Source: Candidatus Omnitrophota bacterium (GTDB taxonomy: Bacteria > Omnitrophota > Gorgyraeia > JABMRG01). From it: a stretch of 64,000 nucleotides of DNA. Positions 51,297 through 57,645 of the stretch are shown in pieces. The stretch is taken from NCBI GenBank assembly GCA_028716165.1, contig JAQUQI010000007.1:1191-65190 (forward strand), read 5' to 3'. The stretch's first letter is position 1. Every line of letters starts with the position of its first letter. A program made the position numbers and the translations under genes. Under the pieces are notes generated by a model, which worked only from the letters and a program-made list of their open reading frames with translations, did not search any database and had not been told where the DNA came from.

Positions 51297-51312
51297 AGTT
51301 TTCTCCTCCAGT

Positions 51313-51486
51313 TTATCCGTCGCAAACTATAAATGAAGGGCATTCCGCGGGCGATACAGGGCATCCCGCGGCATGCGCTATAGTGCCCTCTTCGGGATGT
51401 TCTATTGCCTCAATCTCCGGTATTTGATAGTTTTTTTTAGTGTTTTTTTTGGCAAAATGTTTAAAATCTTTCGCATCATTTTTCAT
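51313..51486 (-). CDS. RiPP precursor peptide 2 (57 aa)
   Basis: Translation MKNDAKDFKHFAKKNTKKKYQIPEIEAIEHPEEGTIAHAAGCPVSPAECPSFIVCDG. Same Shine-Dalgarno. Its stop overlaps the Shine-Dalgarno of peptide 1. Confidence 0.7.
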   Translation of the reverse strand: MKNDAKDFKHFAKKNTKKNYQIPEIEAIEHPEEGTIAHAAGCPVSPAECPSFIVCDG

Positions 51487-51502
51487 AGTTTTCTCCTCCA
51501 GT

Positions 51503-51655
51503 TTATCCGTCGCAAACTATAAATGAAGGGCATTCCGCGGCATGCGCTATAGTGCCCTCTTCGGGATGCTCTATTGCCTCAATCTCCGGTATTTGGTATT
51601 TCTTCTTGGTTTTTTCGCGGTTAAGAATTTTATCTTTTGCATTCGTATTTTTCAT
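51503..51655 (-). CDS. RiPP precursor peptide 3 (50 aa)
   Basis: Translation MKNTNAKDKILNREKTKKKYQIPEIEAIEHPEEGTIAHAAECPSFIVCDG. It lies 21 nt downstream of the rSAM stop. The Shine-Dalgarno is weaker. Confidence 0.6.
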   Translation of the reverse strand: MKNTNAKDKILNREKTKKKYQIPEIEAIEHPEEGTIAHAAECPSFIVCDG

Positions 51656-51676
51656 GTTTGGGTTTTATATTATTCA

Positions 51677-52678
51677 TTATAATTCTTTCCAAAAATCGTG
51701 CAGAGCCTTGATACTGGTATAAGCTTGTTCGGGGCATTTTACAAAGGTATTTGTCACAGCCTGTGATTGAGCGGGGCATCTGAACATACATGTTTTTTTG
51801 AATTCACATACCTTGCAGTCAATATAATCCTCACACTTTAATTTTCTAAGAGCGTTAAAACATTCAGATTTACGCCATATCTCTTTAAGCGGCTGTTTAT
51901 ATATATTACCCGCTTCCATAGGAAATACGGCGCATGGAAAAACTTTTCCGTCAGCGGCGATATAGCATCTTTCAGTGCCGGCATGGCACGGTAAGGGGTC
52001 AACTGATTTAGGAGACGGCTCAACCGGTTTTTCATATGATTTTATTATAACACCCCACTGCTTTAATTTCGGAAGTATCTGCTCCAGCGGTATTTTACAT
52101 TTGGTAAGCGTCTGGTCGCAGTGCCTGCCGGCGGAAACGCCTGTTGAAAATTTTAGTTCTACATCGCGCCTATTCACGAAAAGACTATTAATAAGCGGGG
52201 TATCATTGCAGGTAACGGCATTTATATTATAAGCAATGTATACCTTAATACCCGCGGCAAGGAGATTCTCTATCCCTTCAACCGCTTTTTTGAACATTCT
52301 TTTGCCGGTAAACGCCTCATAAGTTTCTTCGCTTGCTCCATATAGGCTTACTCCAGCTTCATTGATGCCGTAATCATAAAGTTTTTTGGCCATGCCCTGA
52401 TTTATCAGCGTCCCATTGCTTAATATATCTACCCTAAAGCCCCTGTCGCGGGCCTGTTCTATATAATAAAATATTTTTTTTAAGGTAAACGGCTCGCCTC
52501 CGGTAAATGTAATATGAAAAGCCCCTGCATCGGCGAGCTCATCCAGCAGTTTTATCAGCCTTTCGTGTTTTAATTCGGCACCGTCTTTTTTATTGATGCA
52601 ATACATGCAGTTAAGATTGCAGAAACGGGTGAGTTCTATGTGAACCTTTTTTATATAATTTTTTGCAAGTCCTTCCAC
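51677..52678 (-). CDS. radical SAM/SPASM-domain peptide maturase
   Basis: N-terminal CNLNCMYC (CX3CX2C) cluster. The C-terminus has 7 or more Cys in a SPASM-like arrangement (…CKVCEFKKTCMFRCPAQ…VKCPEQ). Confidence 0.8.
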   Translation of the reverse strand: MEGLAKNYIKKVHIELTRFCNLNCMYCINKKDGAELKHERLIKLLDELADAGAFHITFTGGEPFTLKKIFYYIEQARDRGFRVDILSNGTLINQGMAKKLYDYGINEAGVSLYGASEETYEAFTGKRMFKKAVEGIENLLAAGIKVYIAYNINAVTCNDTPLINSLFVNRRDVELKFSTGVSAGRHCDQTLTKCKIPLEQILPKLKQWGVIIKSYEKPVEPSPKSVDPLPCHAGTERCYIAADGKVFPCAVFPMEAGNIYKQPLKEIWRKSECFNALRKLKCEDYIDCKVCEFKKTCMFRCPAQSQAVTNTFVKCPEQAYTSIKALHDFWKEL

Positions 52679-53577
52679 AATGACCCTCTTTTCAAGAGTT
52701 CTTTTTTGATATTTTCACAGCCTATTGTTAATATGCCGCTTTTTACCTGAAGTGCCAAGCTGTTTAATCGGTTGAACATGTTTTTTACAGCGCGGTTGTT
52801 TACAATCTCCATATTAAAGGTATTAACGCTTGATGTCAATAGTTTTATCGCGGCTTCCGGTTTTGAGATGGCCTGCCAGCGCAAATTCCACCCCGTGGCT
52901 TTTTCAAGAAATATAAGCAGAGACGGCACGCGGTAGCTTTCCCATGAGCCGGCATTTAAGAGATTTAGCGTGTCTTTGCGGTTATTTCTTCTGCTTAGTC
53001 CTTCAATATAGGGAAATGTGACAGATATGGTGTTACGGCCTTTTTTACCTATCATGGTATGGGAATCGCTTATTATCTTAAATCCGTTGACCGCGGCGCT
53101 TATCAGAAGGGTTGTTTTGCCGTAACCCGAAGGCCCTGTGGCAATTACGCAATGCCTGTCCTTTGCCCAGCATGAGGCGTGCAGAAACGCGAAACCGTCA
53201 ATTTTTAACAATGTCTTTAAAGTATTTTGAAACAGCGCGTAATAACCTATAGTCTGCTGGTTTCTGTAAACAAGGCCAACCCATGATCTGTTTTTAAGGT
53301 TAAATAACGATTCATAGTGGTCATTGTTTTGAATTTTACCGCCGGATGCCAGTATATCCTGCCGCAGTGTCTTGTATGTTTCTTTACCGCGCAACAGGGT
53401 TATGGTAATGTTTTTTGGGTTTTTTACAGTAGGGGTATTTATATAATGATTTTTTATGTAATTGACCAGAACGGGGACATCGGTTATCAGGTTGATCTTG
53501 TAATCATATATGGAAAAATCATAGGTCAATAACCGTTTTGCGTGAATGTCATTCAGAGCGTATGCTGTTTTTGGCAT
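52651..53577 (-). CDS. HPr-kinase-related (HprK C-domain-like) P-loop protein
   Basis: VIATGPSGYGKTTLLISAAVNGFKIISDSHTMI parallels the HprK Walker A region. An AGGAG Shine-Dalgarno precedes it. The start overlaps the rSAM gene. Confidence 0.65.
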   Translation of the reverse strand: MPKTAYALNDIHAKRLLTYDFSIYDYKINLITDVPVLVNYIKNHYINTPTVKNPKNITITLLRGKETYKTLRQDILASGGKIQNNDHYESLFNLKNRSWVGLVYRNQQTIGYYALFQNTLKTLLKIDGFAFLHASCWAKDRHCVIATGPSGYGKTTLLISAAVNGFKIISDSHTMIGKKGRNTISVTFPYIEGLSRRNNRKDTLNLLNAGSWESYRVPSLLIFLEKATGWNLRWQAISKPEAAIKLLTSSVNTFNMEIVNNRAVKNMFNRLNSLALQVKSGILTIGCENIKKELLKRGSLWKDLQKII

Positions 53578-53684
53578 CAGGTCTCCTGTTGGGAAGCTTA
53601 ATAAAATAATTATATCTCATATGGCTGTTGTTATCAACAAGTATTACAGACGTTTTGAAAGTTACGAGGCAAGCGTTTTCACGC

Positions 53685-54215
53685 ATCATCCGGGGCGGCA
53701 GTATTAGATTCCTCGCTTCGCTCGGAATGACAGACGCACTTTGCCTGTCATCCAGAGCGGCAGGAGGCGAGGCAAGTGTCAGCCGCGAAGGATCTGGGAG
53801 TGAGCCCTGTGTCATCCAGAGCGGAACCGGCGAAGCAAGTTTCGTTAGCGAAGGATCTGGGAGGGAAATCAGTATTGGATTCTTCGTCGCGCCTTCGGCG
53901 CTCCTCTTAAATGACAAGGAAGCCCACGGCGCTCCTCTGAATGACAAAAGGAGGCGAGTACCAGATTCCTCGCTTCGCTCGGAATGACAGGCGTACTCTG
54001 CCTGTCATCCAGAGCGGAACCGGCGAGGCACGGGTCATACGCCTGTCATCCAGAGCGGAACCGGCGAGGCACGGGTCATACGCCTGTCATCCAGAGCGGC
54101 AGGAGTCGGGGTCAGTGTGAGCCGCGAAGGATCTGGGAGTGAAGTCAGTATTGGATTCTTCGTCGCGCCTTCGGCGCTCCTCTGAATGACAACGATAGCC
54201 TTCGGCGCTCAAGGT
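53685..54215. repeat. mosaic repeat cluster I (longest, about 530 bp)
   Basis: At least seven units. It contains an exact tandem duplication of a 41-bp unit, cctgtcatccagagcggaaccggcgaggcacgggtcatacg, at 54001–54082. Confidence 0.85.
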
Positions 54216-54377
54216 TTAAAACGTTTACAGCCGCTTAATACGCTTGACAAAGGATATAATATCTCATATGATTATATATGATATGACAAGAGATGCTATA
54301 ATTTACTATAATAACATTCGGGCAATTTCTGTTATAAGCCCTGATGCGCGGCTTATCTTTTATGGAGGAAAAACACG

Positions 54378-54608
54378 ATGGCAAAATCCCTTATTACACC
54401 GGCAGAAATAAGCAAGATGCACGATATTTCATATCAGACTGTTAATTATTATACCAATCTCGGGCTTTTAAAAGTGGAAAAGAAAATAGCCAACAGCCGT
54501 CTGTATAATTCAAAAGACGTCAACTCGCGGCTTAAAAAACTATCCGACCTTAAAAGCCAGGGGTATTCCCTAAGGCTTATATGCGGCCTGTTGAGGGAGA
54601 ATAGATGA
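54378..54608 (+). CDS. small MerR-like HTH protein
   Basis: HTH segment ISKMHDISYQTVNYYTNLGLL. Confidence 0.5.
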   Translation: MAKSLITPAEISKMHDISYQTVNYYTNLGLLKVEKKIANSRLYNSKDVNSRLKKLSDLKSQGYSLRLICGLLRENR

Positions 54609-55429
54609 GCTATTATACCGCGCTGGGCTTAAAGAAAGAGCCTTTTTCAAACAGCCCTGACCCGGAGTTTTTCTTTGAATCCAGCGAGCACAAGGCCGCT
54701 CTTACAAGGCTGTTGATAGAGATACGCCTTAGGCGGGGCTTGAGTGTGATATTAGGCGATGTGGGTGTCGGCAAAACCACCCTTTCGCGCAAGCTTTTTC
54801 AGATGCTCAAGGAGCGCGAGGACGTTTTATTTTACATGATAATGGACCCCACTTCCGGCAGTGAGGAGCTTTTCCTGCAGTCGCTTGTTCGCACGTTTAA
54901 CCTGCAGGAGCAGATAGAAGGCCTGCCGACGATACTTGACTATAAGGAAACGATAAAGAAATTTTTATTCCAGAAAGGCGTTGAAGAAAACAAAACCATT
55001 GTCCTTGTCGTTGATGAGGCGCAGAAGCTTAATCCTGCCTCGCTTGAGACCTTGCGCGTTCTGTTAAATTATGAGACAAATGATTTTAAACTGCTTCAGC
55101 TTGTATTATTTTCCCAGATGGAGCTTTTGCCGCGCATTAAGGAGATGAAAAATTTTTTTGACAGGATAGTGCTGAAATACGTTGTGAATTCTTTAGACGA
55201 GGCGGAAACAAAGGATTTTATCAATTTTCGCATGGAACATTCAGGGTTTAATCCCGGGACTTTATTGTTTACCGATGAGGCGGTAAGCGAAATTTACAGG
55301 CACAGCCAGGGATATCCGCGCAGGATAAATCTTATATGCCACAATGCCCTAAGAAACCTTCTCGTAAGCGATAAGATGCTTATAGACGGCGTTGACGTAA
55401 GAGAGGTTATAGCAAGGAGCGTGATTTAA
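54605..55429 (+). CDS. ExeA/GspA/MshM-like AAA ATPase
   Basis: Walker A GDVGVGKTT and Walker B VLVVDEAQ. Upstream of the secretin genes. Confidence 0.7.
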   Translation: MSYYTALGLKKEPFSNSPDPEFFFESSEHKAALTRLLIEIRLRRGLSVILGDVGVGKTTLSRKLFQMLKEREDVLFYMIMDPTSGSEELFLQSLVRTFNLQEQIEGLPTILDYKETIKKFLFQKGVEENKTIVLVVDEAQKLNPASLETLRVLLNYETNDFKLLQLVLFSQMELLPRIKEMKNFFDRIVLKYVVNSLDEAETKDFINFRMEHSGFNPGTLLFTDEAVSEIYRHSQGYPRRINLICHNALRNLLVSDKMLIDGVDVREVIARSVI

Positions 55430-55432
55430 GAT

Positions 55433-56098
55433 ATGGACAAGCAGACCTCGGATGAAAGACTGCTGAAATTGCTTGAAGGCCAGTATTCTTCAACCCATGG
55501 CCCGTTAGCGCCATCACAGCCCGCGCAGCACCCTAAGCCGGCAAAGCGACTGGGCATAAAACCCGTTTCCAGGCTCAATATCCTAAAGCCTTTTTTAAGG
55601 CTAAAAATAGCAAAATTTGACCTGGCATATATTAACAAGTCTCTTTTCGCGCTGGCATTCTTATTAAGCGCTGTCTTTTTTTACATACTGTTTGTGTCCC
55701 CCGCATTATCGGGTGCCGCGGGCGCTATCCTTCATCCTGCCGATATTACCCAGATACAAAGGCTGATAAAGGCAAGCCACAACCAGCTTGAAATGCGCGG
55801 CAATATTTCTGAAGCGGAATCAGAAAGGGACATCTTCCTGCCTTTCGGCGTTAAAAGCGCTTACGAGGAAGAACAGGAGATAAACATAGAAGATGAGCTT
55901 GGCATATATAAGCTGGTTGGGATTATATGGTCTCAAGTGCCCGAGGCGATAATTGAAAGCGAAATGGACACCAGGACGCTTGTCGTTAAAAAAGGCGATA
56001 CACTTGGTGATAAATGCACGGTAAAAGACGTCCTGCGCAATTCCGTCATACTGCAGGTATCAACAAAAGACGGGCTAAGGGACTATGAATTAAGATGA
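55433..56098 (+). CDS. single-pass membrane protein of the secretin locus
   Basis: One TM helix (LFALAFLLSAVFFYILFV) and no recognised domain. Confidence 0.4.
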   Translation: MDKQTSDERLLKLLEGQYSSTHGPLAPSQPAQHPKPAKRLGIKPVSRLNILKPFLRLKIAKFDLAYINKSLFALAFLLSAVFFYILFVSPALSGAAGAILHPADITQIQRLIKASHNQLEMRGNISEAESERDIFLPFGVKSAYEEEQEINIEDELGIYKLVGIIWSQVPEAIIESEMDTRTLVVKKGDTLGDKCTVKDVLRNSVILQVSTKDGLRDYELR

Positions 56099-57645
56099 GA
56101 GCATGGCCCTGTTTGGTTTTGTGTTGTCTGCTTGCGGCATCAGGCCCCGGCCCGCGCCCGGCGCGGGCAGAAGAAGGGTTGCCTTCCCCTTCTTTAGCGG
56201 AAGAGGCGGTTGAGCAAAGCCGCGAATATACCGATAAGATATATCTTGACCTTAAAGGTATTGATGTAAAAGAGCTTTTCAGGATTTTATCCCAGCGAAG
56301 CGGGATAACAATAATTACCACCCCCGCGGTGCAGGGCCGCGTGACGGTGCTGATAGATAATTTAAGTTTTGAGAACGCCTTGGATGTTATTATGACTACG
56401 CAAAACTTGGCTTACGAAAGAAACGGCAACCTGATGAAGGTCATGACAGCGGATGAATACGAAAAGGCTTTCGGCAGAAAATTCTGGGACAGGAAAGAGA
56501 CCCGCGCGATCAAACTTTCATATGCCAAGCCTGAAAGCGCGATGGGGGTAATAAATTTTTTAAAATCAGACCTCGGCCAGATAGTGTCAGAACCCGCTAC
56601 AGGCACTATTGTTGTCACCGATACCCCGCAGGCTATCAGCGCTATAATGGAGGCGATAAATGAGCTTGATGCCCCGCCCGGAAGCCTTGTGTATAATGTT
56701 AATTACGCGCGCATGGCGGACATAAAAAATTATCTGGAAGGGCTGATTACGCCGGAACTCGGCAAGATAATCATTGATGAAAGGAGCAGTAAGGTCATAA
56801 TATATGACCTGCCGCGCAGGCTTGAGCGCATAGCGGAACTTTTGCAGGAACTTGATGAGCAGTCCCGCCAGGTGCTTATAACGGGTGAGATAGTGGAAGT
56901 TGACATAAGCGATAATTTCCAAAGCGGCATTGAATGGGAGAAGATATTCCGGTCCGCGAATATGGATAACCTTGACCTGACGTCAAAATTTCCCGTAACC
57001 CCGGCGCTTACAAGCTACGGAAAGATAAGCATGGGCACATTATCAAGGGATAATTATAATGTGGTGATGAATATGCTCTCCGAATACGGCAATACAAGGA
57101 TACTCAACAGGCCGAGAATAGTCGCGGTCAATAAGGAAGAGGCGAAGATACTCGTCGGAACACGCGAGGCGTATGTGACGTCCACCCAGAGCCAGAGTGA
57201 GACGACCGTAGTCACTTCCGAAAGCATTAATTTTATTGACGTGGGCGTTAAGCTTGTAGTAGTACCTACTATAGGTGTTGACGGTTTTATAACCATGAGG
57301 ATAAAACCCGAGGTGAGTTCCGTAAAAGAAGTGCTGGAGACTACGGCGGGAACAAGGGTGCCGATAGTAAGGACATCGGAATCGGAGACAGTGGTAAAGG
57401 TAAAAGACGGCAATACGCTTATTATTGCCGGTTTATTGTCAGAGACCGATACAGACGATGCCACAGGCCTTCCTGGTTTCGCGAAAACACCAATATTCGG
57501 GGGATTATTCGCTACAAAGACAAAGGAAAAGCAGAAAACCGAACTGGTCATATTTATTACCCCCAAGATTGTTACGGGCGCTGTAAACTTTTCAGATGAG
57601 AAAACAGATATTTTTGACAATAAGGATGGCAATGAGAAGGGGTAA
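56095..57645 (+). CDS. secretin (GspD/PilQ/MshL family)
   Basis: N-terminal STN-like domain. Secretin C-domain motifs: NRPRIVAVNKEEAKILVG, GLPGFAKTPIFGGLF…LVIFITPKIV. Confidence 0.8.
   Translation: MRAWPCLVLCCLLAASGPGPRPARAEEGLPSPSLAEEAVEQSREYTDKIYLDLKGIDVKELFRILSQRSGITIITTPAVQGRVTVLIDNLSFENALDVIMTTQNLAYERNGNLMKVMTADEYEKAFGRKFWDRKETRAIKLSYAKPESAMGVINFLKSDLGQIVSEPATGTIVVTDTPQAISAIMEAINELDAPPGSLVYNVNYARMADIKNYLEGLITPELGKIIIDERSSKVIIYDLPRRLERIAELLQELDEQSRQVLITGEIVEVDISDNFQSGIEWEKIFRSANMDNLDLTSKFPVTPALTSYGKISMGTLSRDNYNVVMNMLSEYGNTRILNRPRIVAVNKEEAKILVGTREAYVTSTQSQSETTVVTSESINFIDVGVKLVVVPTIGVDGFITMRIKPEVSSVKEVLETTAGTRVPIVRTSESETVVKVKDGNTLIIAGLLSETDTDDATGLPGFAKTPIFGGLFATKTKEKQKTELVIFITPKIVTGAVNFSDEKTDIFDNKDGNEKG

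Noticed and set aside
51096-51332. + strand 78-aa ORF in the tandem-repeat region
   Set aside because: It is antisense to precursor peptide 1, low-complexity, and lacks a Shine-Dalgarno. The minus-strand peptides have strong Shine-Dalgarno sequences, conserved leaders and genomic context.
53541-53560. gaatgtcattcagagcg inside the HprK-like coding region, resembling a repeat module
   Set aside because: It is a single short partial match within a continuous ORF, most likely coincidental.
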